Positions 1 through 8,468 of a DNA stretch of 34,766 nt are shown piece after piece (the stretch's first letter is position 1; the number at the start of each line of letters is the position of its first letter). This DNA comes from Actinospica sp. GTDB lineage: Bacteria > Actinomycetota > Actinomycetes > Streptomycetales > Catenulisporaceae. Under the pieces are notes generated by a model. That model was not told the origin of the DNA. It ran no database searches and worked only from the letters and a program-made list of their open reading frames with translations. A program made the translations under genes and the position numbers. The stretch spans positions 1-34,766 of the forward strand of contig DASTAE010000287.1 in NCBI GenBank assembly GCA_035712985.1, written 5' to 3'.

Positions 1-45
1 TGGGCTCCTGACCCCGCGCCGCGCCCCGCGCGCGGCAAGCCTTTC

Positions 46-78
46 GGTGGCGCACTGGATTCGCTCCGGTGCGCCACC
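46..78. other. Perfect 10-bp inverted repeat (GGTGGCGCAC, 13-nt loop, GTGCGCCACC). Possible terminator of an upstream gene outside the window, or a regulatory hairpin.
   Basis: Read directly: ggtggcgcac at 46-55 and gtgcgccacc at 69-78. There is no U-tract, but actinobacterial terminators often lack one. Confidence 0.3.
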
Positions 79-325
79 TCCGCTTCCCCGCGCCCCTTTC
101 CAGTGACTCAGCCCCCGCATGCCGCTTTGCCGAGCGGATAATCGGGGTATGTAGCTGATGCGAGGTCTACTCGGCCGAGGAGCACCACGTATCGCGTGTT
201 GCTGACGTAGATCTGTTCCCTCTTCGTTCGAAGGTAAGGCCTCTGGCATTCCCTCTCGCGCCACGTCGGCTGCAGGCTGCAGGCAACCGGCGTTTCTACG
301 CGACCCGAGGGGAGCGAATCGAACC

Positions 326-1096
326 ATGTCCTCCACTGAGGAACACGACGCGCCCGACCTCCTTCGCCGCATGCTGTCGGCAAGGAACGGAGCATTGATC
401 TTCCTGGCTTTCGCGCTCGCGACCACGGTCGTCAGCGTGGGCATCACCGCCGTCTTGGCCAGCGTGTTCGGTCAGAATCTGGGCGACCGGATGGGCACGC
501 TCGGCCAGATCTTCGAATCGGTGAACGCTGCCTTCTCCGGCCTGGCATTCATCGCCCTCGTCGTCACCTTCAGACTCCAGTACGACGAGCTGAAATTGCA
601 GCGCGCCGAGTTGCAGAATCAGCACTTGGCCATGGATAAGAGCCAGGGCGAGCTTCACCGGAGCGCCGAGGCGGATATCCGCACGCTGCACATGCGATTG
701 ATTCAGATGTCGATGGACGACGAAGACCTGGCCGCCGTCTGGCCGCAGTACCAGGGTCCTGTTTCGCCGGTCCGCGCCAGGCAGCATAACTACTCGAACT
801 TAATCATCCAACATCAACGCATGTTGTACGAGCTCGGATATCTCGACCGGGAGGACGTTCTCGGAGTCCTGCGCTATCTGTTCACCAGCGCGCTCATGCG
901 GAGTTTCTGGGAAGGCCAGATGGTGGCGAGGCAGGTGATCAGGCTCGACGCGCGGGACGCCGCGTTCTACGAGATCGCCGACACCGCATTCCGTGACTCG
1001 GCGCCCCCCGAGCCCCCGACGCCGCCCCGCGGCAAGCGCGGGGCGGACGTGATCGACCTCGAGGTCCGCAGGAACTCCGGCTCAGACGCCGCGTGA
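326..1096 (+). CDS. Hypothetical membrane protein with two predicted TM helices near the N-terminus, then a coiled-coil-like Gln/Leu-rich segment and a cytoplasmic domain.
   Basis: 256-aa ORF. Hydrophobic stretches ALIFLAFALATTVVSVGITAVLASVF and AAFSGLAFIALVVTFRL. GAGGGGA Shine-Dalgarno about 12 nt upstream of the ATG. No recognisable catalytic motif. Confidence 0.55.
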   Translation: MSSTEEHDAPDLLRRMLSARNGALIFLAFALATTVVSVGITAVLASVFGQNLGDRMGTLGQIFESVNAAFSGLAFIALVVTFRLQYDELKLQRAELQNQHLAMDKSQGELHRSAEADIRTLHMRLIQMSMDDEDLAAVWPQYQGPVSPVRARQHNYSNLIIQHQRMLYELGYLDREDVLGVLRYLFTSALMRSFWEGQMVARQVIRLDARDAAFYEIADTAFRDSAPPEPPTPPRGKRGADVIDLEVRRNSGSDAA

Positions 1097-1342
1097 GAAG
1101 TGATCGATGGCGGAGAGCATGACGGCACGCGGGATCAGGACGAGTCGCTCGCTCGGCGAGTGTCCCGCGTCCGGCGGCAGGGCCATCACGCCGGTCACGT
1201 CCTGTCCGATAATCGCGAAATCTCCCGTATTCGTCTCGAACACGTCGGGGCAGTTCACGGAGTCGCCGCATCCACGCTCCGCGGGTGCCGTCCCCAAGCG
1301 CCGCGTAATCGCAGGCCCGGCCCCGTGTCGGGAGATTTCCAT
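1082..1342 (-). CDS. Small hypothetical protein (86 aa), no confident family assignment.
   Basis: ATG at 1342 preceded by GAGGAA 8 nt upstream, with an in-frame stop immediately 5' of that. Lies 94 nt downstream of the last ABC ATPase gene on the same strand. Its 3' end overlaps the convergent ORF 326-1096 by 15 nt. Confidence 0.45.
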   Translation of the reverse strand: MEISRHGAGPAITRRLGTAPAERGCGDSVNCPDVFETNTGDFAIIGQDVTGVMALPPDAGHSPSERLVLIPRAVMLSAIDHFSRGV

Positions 1343-1436
1343 CGGATAGTTTCCTCGTCTCTAGTGCAGGAAGTGACCGCAGAGATCGTACACAGTGGAC
1401 GGTGCGGGTTCGCAGCGACACGGCCCAACTGTGGCG

Positions 1437-2126
1437 CTACGACAACCCTTCCGTGAGCAAGCCGTCCGAGATCGTCAGGACTCGGTCGGCGATCTCCATG
1501 AGGGCTCGGTCGTGGGTGGCGATGAGGGCGGTGACGCCTTCGGAGTGGACGAGGGTGCGGAGCAGGAGCATGATCTGGGCGCCGGTCTGGGAGTCGAGTT
1601 GGCCGGTGGGCTCGTCGGCCAGCAGGAGGGTGGGCTTGGTGGCCAGGGCGCGGGCTATCGCCACGCGTTGCTGTTGGCCGCCGGAGAGCTCGTGGGCGCG
1701 CTGCTGCATGTGCTCGCCCAGGCCCACCAGGCGCAGCAGCGTCTTGGCGCGCTCCTCGCGTTGAGCGGAGGGGACCTTGAGGAGGCGGAGGGGGACGCCT
1801 ACGTTCTCGGTGGCGCTGAGGATGGGGATCAGGCCGAAGGATTGGAAGATGAAGGAGACCTTCTCGCGCCGCAGCTCCAGCAGTTGGGGCTGGGAGATCT
1901 TGTCCAGCTGCCTGCCCGCCACGGTGACGGTGCCCGCGGTGGGGCGGTCCAGGCCGCCCAGCAGGTTCAGCAGGGTGGTCTTGCCGGAGCCGGATCTGCC
2001 GCGCAGGACCACCAGTTCTCCGGCGCCGATCGTGAAGCTGACGCCGCGTAGGGCCTCGACCTTCGCGGTTCCGGTGCCGAAGCTGCGGCGCAGGTCGTCT
2101 GCGCGGACGATGGTGGTCTCGCTCAT
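1437..2126 (-). CDS. ABC transporter ATP-binding protein (MacB/LolD/FtsE-like, 229 aa).
   Basis: Walker A GRSGSGKTT, ABC signature LSGGQQQRVAIARAL, Walker B LLLADEPTGQLD, H-loop ATHD. GAGGAG Shine-Dalgarno 8 nt upstream. The ATG overlaps the stop of the upstream gene (ATGA at 2123-2126). Confidence 0.9.
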   Translation of the reverse strand: MSETTIVRADDLRRSFGTGTAKVEALRGVSFTIGAGELVVLRGRSGSGKTTLLNLLGGLDRPTAGTVTVAGRQLDKISQPQLLELRREKVSFIFQSFGLIPILSATENVGVPLRLLKVPSAQREERAKTLLRLVGLGEHMQQRAHELSGGQQQRVAIARALATKPTLLLADEPTGQLDSQTGAQIMLLLRTLVHSEGVTALIATHDRALMEIADRVLTISDGLLTEGLS

Positions 2127-3073
2127 CTCGTCGGCTCCTCGCGGTCCGCGCGTACGGTGATCTGTTCGGGTTCGAGGCCGAGGCGCACGCGGTCACGCAG
2201 GTCGAGTGCGGCGACGTATTCGGCGGGGAGTTGGATTCGGCCGGCGCGGTCCAGCAGCGCGTACTCCTGCGCGTTGGCCCGCTCGCCGAACTCGGTGCGC
2301 AGGACCTCGCTGCTGGTGCGGCCGTCGCGGATCTGGACGGTGCGCGGGACCTGGCTGGAGACGTTCTCGTCGTGGGTGACGATCAGGACCGCGACGCCGA
2401 GTTGCTCGTTGGCGGTGCGCAGGGCCTGGAAGACCGTGTCGGCCGACGCGGTGTCGAGTTCGCCGGTGGGTTCGTCGGCCAGGACCACCTTGGGGCGGTT
2501 CGCCAGGGCCACGCCGATGGCCACCCGCTGCTGCTCGCCGCCGGAGAGCTGGCCGGGGCGGCGGTCGGCGCAGTAGCCGATGCCGAGGAGTTCCAACAGC
2601 TCGTGGGCGCGCTTGCGGCGGGTGCCGCGGTTGACGCCGGCCAGGCGGAGCGGGGTCTCGATGTTCTCCCGGGCGTCCAGGTAGGGGAGCAGGTTGCGGC
2701 CGGTCTGCTGCCAGATGAAGCCGACGGTCTCGCGGCGATAGCGCAGGCGTTCGCGGCCCTTCATCGTGAGCAGGTCGTGGTCGGCGACCCGGGCCCTGCC
2801 CGCGGTGGGCCGGTCCAGGCCGGAGAGGATGTTGAGCAGGGTCGACTTGCCGGAACCCGAGGCGCCCACGATCGCGGTCAGCTCGCCGGGGCGGATGACG
2901 AGGTCCAGGCCCTGGAGCGCCTGCACCTCGACTCCGTCCGCCGCGTAGACGCGGACCAGCCGGTCGCACAGGATCAGCGCGTCGGCGCCGTACGCCGCGT
3001 GCGCCCGGGCCGCGGCCTCGGCCTCGAATTCCAGGCCGGCCAGGTCGGCGGCCGGTGCCTTCGCGTCGCTCAT
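2123..3073 (-). CDS. ABC transporter ATP-binding protein with a ~90-aa C-terminal extension (316 aa).
   Basis: Walker A GASGSGKST, signature LSGGEQQRVAIGVAL, Walker B VVLADEPTGELD, H-loop VTHD. The ATG at 3073 overlaps the stop of the upstream permease (ATGA). The N-terminal 270 aa of the 585-aa track ORF is Arg/Gly/Pro-rich out-of-gene read-through and is not called. Confidence 0.85.
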   Translation of the reverse strand: MSDAKAPAADLAGLEFEAEAAARAHAAYGADALILCDRLVRVYAADGVEVQALQGLDLVIRPGELTAIVGASGSGKSTLLNILSGLDRPTAGRARVADHDLLTMKGRERLRYRRETVGFIWQQTGRNLLPYLDARENIETPLRLAGVNRGTRRKRAHELLELLGIGYCADRRPGQLSGGEQQRVAIGVALANRPKVVLADEPTGELDTASADTVFQALRTANEQLGVAVLIVTHDENVSSQVPRTVQIRDGRTSSEVLRTEFGERANAQEYALLDRAGRIQLPAEYVAALDLRDRVRLGLEPEQITVRADREEPTR

Positions 3074-5685
3074 GCGTCCTCTCCCATCCTCAACTGCGCG
3101 GGAACACTGCGCCGCCGGGCGATCGCGGCCTGCAGCAGCACGCCGCAGCAGGTCAGCGCCAGGGCCGCGGCGGCGGTCAGCAGCGGGGTCACGGCGTCGA
3201 GCCGAAGGCCGGTCTCGGTGGCCAGGCCCGTGAACACGGTCAGATTCAGTGCGCTGCCGAAGACCGCGGGCAGCACGAGCGCGGCGAGCAGCCCGCCGAG
3301 GGTCGTGGCCGCGGCCAGCGGCGCGGTCTCGGCGAGCGCGATCCCGCGCGCCTGGCGCGGGCTCAGTCCCAAGGTGCCGAGCAGGGTCAGTCGGCGCGTT
3401 CGCGGAGCCGCGGTCAGCGCGAGGGCGAGCAGGATTCCGCAGATCCCGAAGCAGCCGGCCGCCGCGAGTCCGAGGACGTACCCGAACGCGGCCAGTCCGG
3501 CCAGCGGCTGCTTGGTGAGCCGGTCGAGGGCGTCGCCGCGGTACACGACGTGGTTCTGGCCGGGCACCGTGGCCGCCAGCGCCGCGTTCACCTTGGCCGG
3601 GTCGATTCCGTTGCCGGACACCAGGATCTCGGACACCAGCCAGAACTGCGCGGAGGATGCGACGGCCCACGTGGGGATGAGGACGAAGGGCTGGCCGGGA
3701 CCGTAGGCGGGCCGGGCCGGGCTCTGCGCTTGAACGGCCACGACCTTCGCCTCGAACGCGGGCGCCGCGCTCGGGGTGAGCTGGAAGGTCGAGCCGAGGG
3801 TGTATCCGCTGTCCGCGGAGGCGACCACCGGGACCGGGCCCGACACGCTCCGGGCGGGCAGCGCACCGGCGAGCGGCCACGGCGTGTCGGCCGAGACGCC
3901 GTCATATGTGCTCGGATCCACCGCGTACGCCGAGGCCTCGATGCCGGTGCCGTTGATCGACTGCGAGGCGACGGCCGTCGACGCGGTGACGCCCGGGACC
4001 CTGTCGAGCGCGGCGACCGCCTTTGCCGCGGCCGACGGCGCGGTGCCCGTGCTCAGCGCGATGGAGACGTCGGTTCCGGTCTGCAGCCAGGACTCCGTCT
4101 CGCGGCCGGACTCGATGTTGCGGTAGGCGAGTCCGCCGAGCGCGGCGAGCGTGAGCGCCAGGACGATCGCGAAGGTCGGCAGCGCGAGGTTGAGCGAGGA
4201 GCGGACCGCGCCGGACAGGCCGAGGAACGCGGTCGCGCCCTTGCGGCGTCGTGCGGCTCGCACGGCCGGGGCCAGTAGGAGCGGGGCGAAGCGCACGGCG
4301 ACAGCGGTGGTCACCGCGGCGACCAGGATCGGGGCCAGGGCGCCGAGCAGGTTCGAGCCCTGGCCGGTGCCTCCCAGGCCGCTCTGCCGCAGCAGGGCGA
4401 TGGTTCCGGCCGCCAGCAGGACGAGGATGAGCTCGAAGACGCGGCGGCGGGCCTTCGGGCGGCGGCGGATGTGGTCGTCGTCCCCGCGGAGGCGGGCGGC
4501 GCCGCGGTGTTCGAGGACTGCGAGCAGCGGGGGACCGCCGAGGACGATCAGCGCGACGCCGCCGTAGAGGGCCGCGGATTCCGTGTTCGCGCCCCGTGCG
4601 GCGACCGTGGCGACGGCGCCCGCCGCGACGAGGGCGATGAGCGTGAGCGGACCGAGCTCGCGGAGCACCTGGAGGGCCAGCTGCGTCAGCGACTGGCCGC
4701 GGGCTCGGAGCAGGGTGAAGTGGCCGCGGCGCCGGCTGACGACCAGGCGGGCGCAGAGCAGGATCGTCGCGCAGCCGACCGTCGCGACGCCGACCATGAT
4801 CAGGCTGAGGACGGAGTCGACCGCCGTGCGCTGCGACTGGAAGGTGTTGAGCGTGCTGGACGGCCCGGCCGTGACCTGCAGCATGAGTTGGGCGGCGGTG
4901 GTGCCGGAGCCGAACGCGGTCATCGCGTTCAGCAAGGAGCCGACGTCCGCCGCGGTGTAGGCGGCGGTGTCCAGCGGGACGCAGTAGACGGACAGGTCCG
5001 TGTCCGGGGTCCCGTTGGGGTTCTGCACCTCCGCGAGTTCCGACAGCTCGTCGGGGCCGACGAGCGCCGTGGTCGTCCAGAGGGTGCTTCCGTCCGGCTG
5101 GACGATCGGGGAGGGGGCCGCGAGGTCCGCGTCGTAGTTCCAGAACGCCGAGGCCGGATCGGTCGGCTCGACGATCCCGGTGACGTGGAACTGATAGTCC
5201 GCGGTGGAGATCACGGTGCCGACCCGCGCGCCGTAGAACTTCGCGTCGGTGGCGCTGAGCGCGATGTCGAAGGAGCCGGCGCCGGCCGAGTCGGGCAGCT
5301 TGCCGGCCAGCAGCTTCAAGTGCGAGCTCGGCGCGTCGCGGTACGCCAGGATCATCGCCGCCGTGAAGTTGTACGCGCCGACGACGGGCAGCCGCTTGCC
5401 GAGGCGGGCGCCGCCCCACGCCTGGCCGGTCAGCGGACGGGTCGCGGCGGGAGCCGCGTGCGCGAAGACGCCCAGCCCGCCGGACACCTCGGCGGCGGTC
5501 GACAGCTCAGGGCCCTGCGCGGTGAGCGCCAGGTCGACCGGGCCGGTGGCGCCCAGGGTCTGCTGGAGGGACTTCGTCAGCTGGTGTTGCACCAGGTCGG
5601 GCACGCCGGCCGCGAACAGCGCCGTCAGGAAGCTGAGGACGACCAGGAGGGTCAGGCCCGGGTAGCGGGAGCGTCGCTGCTTCAT
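3070..5685 (-). CDS. ABC transporter permease, FtsX/MacB family, with a duplicated FtsX-type 4-TM module and two large extracytoplasmic loops (871 aa).
   Basis: N-terminal TM helix, a ~250-aa loop and a 3-TM bundle, and this block occurs twice. Typical size and architecture for a YbbP-like double-FtsX permease. Its ATG at 5685 overlaps the stop of the upstream permease gene (ATGA). Confidence 0.85.
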   Translation of the reverse strand: MKQRRSRYPGLTLLVVLSFLTALFAAGVPDLVQHQLTKSLQQTLGATGPVDLALTAQGPELSTAAEVSGGLGVFAHAAPAATRPLTGQAWGGARLGKRLPVVGAYNFTAAMILAYRDAPSSHLKLLAGKLPDSAGAGSFDIALSATDAKFYGARVGTVISTADYQFHVTGIVEPTDPASAFWNYDADLAAPSPIVQPDGSTLWTTTALVGPDELSELAEVQNPNGTPDTDLSVYCVPLDTAAYTAADVGSLLNAMTAFGSGTTAAQLMLQVTAGPSSTLNTFQSQRTAVDSVLSLIMVGVATVGCATILLCARLVVSRRRGHFTLLRARGQSLTQLALQVLRELGPLTLIALVAAGAVATVAARGANTESAALYGGVALIVLGGPPLLAVLEHRGAARLRGDDDHIRRRPKARRRVFELILVLLAAGTIALLRQSGLGGTGQGSNLLGALAPILVAAVTTAVAVRFAPLLLAPAVRAARRRKGATAFLGLSGAVRSSLNLALPTFAIVLALTLAALGGLAYRNIESGRETESWLQTGTDVSIALSTGTAPSAAAKAVAALDRVPGVTASTAVASQSINGTGIEASAYAVDPSTYDGVSADTPWPLAGALPARSVSGPVPVVASADSGYTLGSTFQLTPSAAPAFEAKVVAVQAQSPARPAYGPGQPFVLIPTWAVASSAQFWLVSEILVSGNGIDPAKVNAALAATVPGQNHVVYRGDALDRLTKQPLAGLAAFGYVLGLAAAGCFGICGILLALALTAAPRTRRLTLLGTLGLSPRQARGIALAETAPLAAATTLGGLLAALVLPAVFGSALNLTVFTGLATETGLRLDAVTPLLTAAAALALTCCGVLLQAAIARRRSVPAQLRMGEDA

Positions 5686-8348
5686 CGGCCCGACTCCTCA
5701 CGCAGCACGGCGGCGGTCTCTCTGCGGCGCGCCCCGGCGAACGCGAAGGTGATCAGCGGCACGGCCAGCAGCGCCGCCACGCCGATCAGCACCTGCGGCC
5801 AGGGGGTCAGCACCGTGACCGGCGGCTGCGGTTCGGCCGCGGCCGAGGTCAGTGTGGCCACCGGGATCACCACCCTTCCGAGCAGGAGCCCGAGCGCGAC
5901 TCCGGCGAGCGCCCCGGGCCCGGCGAGCAGCGACTGTTCGAGGCAGAGCGTGCCGATCTTGCCGCGCCGGGAGAATCCGAGCGCGTCCAGCAGCGCGAAC
6001 TCCGCCGAGCGTTCGGACCCGGCGCTCAGGACGCTGACGATCAATCCGCACAGCGCGAGCAGGGTCGTCGCCAGGGCGACGGCGAGCAGCGCGCGCAGCG
6101 GCTCCTCGGCCAGGGGCGCCGTGCGCAGTTGCTGCTGGAGCTGCGAGCGGAAGGTCACGACGGCGCCGGACGGCAGGCCGCTGGGCGGCGCCGTCGAGGA
6201 GTCGGCGAGCCACGCCTCGTTCGTCGGCAGCTTCGCCGCGGCGTTGCTGACGATCAATCCGCCGCCCGGGGTCGAGACCGTCGGGAAGTCGGAGACGACG
6301 GCCACGATCTTGACGTTGAGCTGGCCCGCGCCGAGGGAGACGGTGGTCACCGCGCCGACGCCCAGGCTGAGCGTGTGCGCGAACGTCTGAGTCGCGATTG
6401 CGGGGATCGCGCCTCCGGAGTCCGGCGCGGCGGCCACCTCGCCCATCAGGGTGCTGAGCGGCACGGGGGAGAGGTCCGGGCGCAGGGTCACGGTGCGCGC
6501 GGCGCCCGCCGGGTCGACGGCCAGCAGCGTGGACTGCAGCGAACCGCTGGCCGAGATGAACGTGGACCGTGACAGCGATGTCACCGCGTGCACGCCCGGC
6601 GAAGCGGCCATCGCGGCCAGGCCGGGGGCGGTGAGGCTGCCCGCGGGGACGCGGACGTCGGCGTCGGCGCCGACCGTGAACGAGGCCTGATCCGCGGCGG
6701 AGCGCTCGGCGCTCGCGTACTCGCTGAGCGACAGGACGCCGGTGGCCACGGCCAGGGTGGTGAGCAGGACGGGGCCCGCGAGCTTCAGCGGCCTGCGTCC
6801 GGTCTGCCAGAACGCCAGCGGCAGCGCGAGGGAGCGGAAGCCGCGGGTCAGCTTGTCGCCGAGGCGCGCGGCCAGCGGCAGCAGGCGCAGGGCGAGGGCC
6901 GCGCCCGCCGCGAGGGCCAGCGCGGGCGCGGCGATCGCGACCGGGTCGTAGGTCGAGTCGCCGGACTGGTCGGTGCCGACGATCGAGTTCGAGGAGAACA
7001 TCTGCCAGCAGGCGAAGGCGGCCAGCGCGAGCAGCGCGACGTCGAATCCGGCGCGGCCCACGGCGGTGAGCGCCGCCTGCCTGCTGCGCCGCGTGCGCAG
7101 CGCGATCGGCGAGACCGCCGAGGTGAAGGCGGGGGCCAGGATCACCGCGATCGCGGCGATCGCGCAGCCGACGACCCCGGCCCACGCCGCGACCGGGACC
7201 CCCGTTCCGGTCGACAGGCCGCTCCGGCCGCTGATCGTGCCGGCCAGGGGGCTGGCGATGAAGGGGGCTGCGACGACGGCGGGCGCGGCGAGCATGACGG
7301 ATTCCATCGCGCGCGAGCGGACCAGTTGCGGGCCGGTGCCGCCGCGGGCCCAGAGCAGCGCCGCCTCGGTCTCGCGCGCGTCGGCCAGCAGCCGCACGAC
7401 GATCAGGAGCGCGGCGATCGCGACGACGAGCAGTTCGAGCAGTTCGGCGTAGACGAGCGACTGCGCGACCAGCGTCGCGGGCGCGAGGTTCGAGAGCAGT
7501 TCGGGCAGTTCGGTGGTCGCGCCGGGGTGGCCGAGCTCGTCGTCGGTGCCGAGGCCGGAGAGCACGGTGCGCAGCGCGTTCGCGTGCGTGGCCAGGTCGG
7601 TGTCGCCGATCGCGTCCGTGTCCGGGACGGCCACCCACTCCATCTGCTCGGCCGTCAGCGTTCCCTGCGCGAGATACGAGGCGTCGGTGAAGAAGGGGCC
7701 GACCATGGTCAGGCCGGTGCTCTGCTGGCTGCCCGCTCCGGCCAGCGGATCGAGCGCCCAGTACGAACCGGTCGGGTCGGTCGGGGTGAAGACGCCGCTG
7801 AGGACGAACGACGCGGTGGCGTTGTTGTCGGTCGTGCCGCTGATCCGGGCTCCGGGGGCGAGGCCGAGGGCCGTGGCCGCGGCCTGGTTCAGGGCGATCG
7901 GCACGGCACCGTCGACCATGCTCGTGCCCGGCCACGCGCCGGCGACGAGCTTCCCGTGCGTCGCGAGATCCTGGGGCGCGAGGAGCGTCGCCGACTTGTT
8001 GTTCGCCTGCGTCGATCCCGGCAGCGTCAGGTCGATCGCGGGTGCCGCGAACATTGTTACACGGGTGTTGCCCAAGGCACTGCTGAGTCGCCCGCGCACC
8101 TGTGCGGTCGCCTGGTCCGCGGGCATCGAAGGCGCCGCGCCGGACAGGGATATCGACGTGCCGCTCGCGGCCCGCAGCGCGCTGTGGATCGCGGCGTTCC
8201 CGGCCCGGCTGCTGTAGGTGAGCAGCGCGGCGGCGAACGCGGTCGTGAGCGCCACGGTCAGGACGACAGCGGCCAGCACGGTGCGGTGCAGCGCCATCCG
8301 GCGTAGCGCCAGCGGTACGCGTGACCGGCGCGCCGTGTGCACGCCCAT
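5682..8348 (-). CDS. Second ABC transporter permease, FtsX/MacB family, double-FtsX architecture (888 aa). First gene of the operon.
   Basis: Same architecture as 3070-5685. GGGAGGG Shine-Dalgarno immediately upstream of the ATG at 8348. A 120-bp divergent promoter region follows. Confidence 0.85.
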   Translation of the reverse strand: MGVHTARRSRVPLALRRMALHRTVLAAVVLTVALTTAFAAALLTYSSRAGNAAIHSALRAASGTSISLSGAAPSMPADQATAQVRGRLSSALGNTRVTMFAAPAIDLTLPGSTQANNKSATLLAPQDLATHGKLVAGAWPGTSMVDGAVPIALNQAAATALGLAPGARISGTTDNNATASFVLSGVFTPTDPTGSYWALDPLAGAGSQQSTGLTMVGPFFTDASYLAQGTLTAEQMEWVAVPDTDAIGDTDLATHANALRTVLSGLGTDDELGHPGATTELPELLSNLAPATLVAQSLVYAELLELLVVAIAALLIVVRLLADARETEAALLWARGGTGPQLVRSRAMESVMLAAPAVVAAPFIASPLAGTISGRSGLSTGTGVPVAAWAGVVGCAIAAIAVILAPAFTSAVSPIALRTRRSRQAALTAVGRAGFDVALLALAAFACWQMFSSNSIVGTDQSGDSTYDPVAIAAPALALAAGAALALRLLPLAARLGDKLTRGFRSLALPLAFWQTGRRPLKLAGPVLLTTLAVATGVLSLSEYASAERSAADQASFTVGADADVRVPAGSLTAPGLAAMAASPGVHAVTSLSRSTFISASGSLQSTLLAVDPAGAARTVTLRPDLSPVPLSTLMGEVAAAPDSGGAIPAIATQTFAHTLSLGVGAVTTVSLGAGQLNVKIVAVVSDFPTVSTPGGGLIVSNAAAKLPTNEAWLADSSTAPPSGLPSGAVVTFRSQLQQQLRTAPLAEEPLRALLAVALATTLLALCGLIVSVLSAGSERSAEFALLDALGFSRRGKIGTLCLEQSLLAGPGALAGVALGLLLGRVVIPVATLTSAAAEPQPPVTVLTPWPQVLIGVAALLAVPLITFAFAGARRRETAAVLREESGR

Positions 8349-8468
8349 ATGACCCTCCCGTGATTCAGCACCCGTAATGCACGACCTTCAGCCGGGCACC
8401 GTACACCGGAACCAGGGACTGTGCAGCATCCTATTCCGGCGCGGTAAGAGCCGCCGTCGGGGCATGGG

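Noticed and set aside
2231-5419. Several 400-500-aa ORFs (2231-3706 +, 3055-4278 +, 3902-5419 -) within the ABC ATPase/permease region
   Set aside because: Off-frame or antisense to motif-bearing ABC genes, with biased Arg/Gly/Asp composition.
5698-7935. 745-aa minus-strand ORF (Arg/Pro/Gly/His-rich) overlapping the second FtsX permease
   Set aside because: Alternative frame of a clearly real permease gene. The extreme Arg/Pro/Gly composition is the usual high-GC off-frame artefact.
6588-8306. 572-aa plus-strand ORF antisense to the second FtsX permease
   Set aside because: Arg/Gly/Glu-rich translation without motifs, antisense to a coherent membrane protein.
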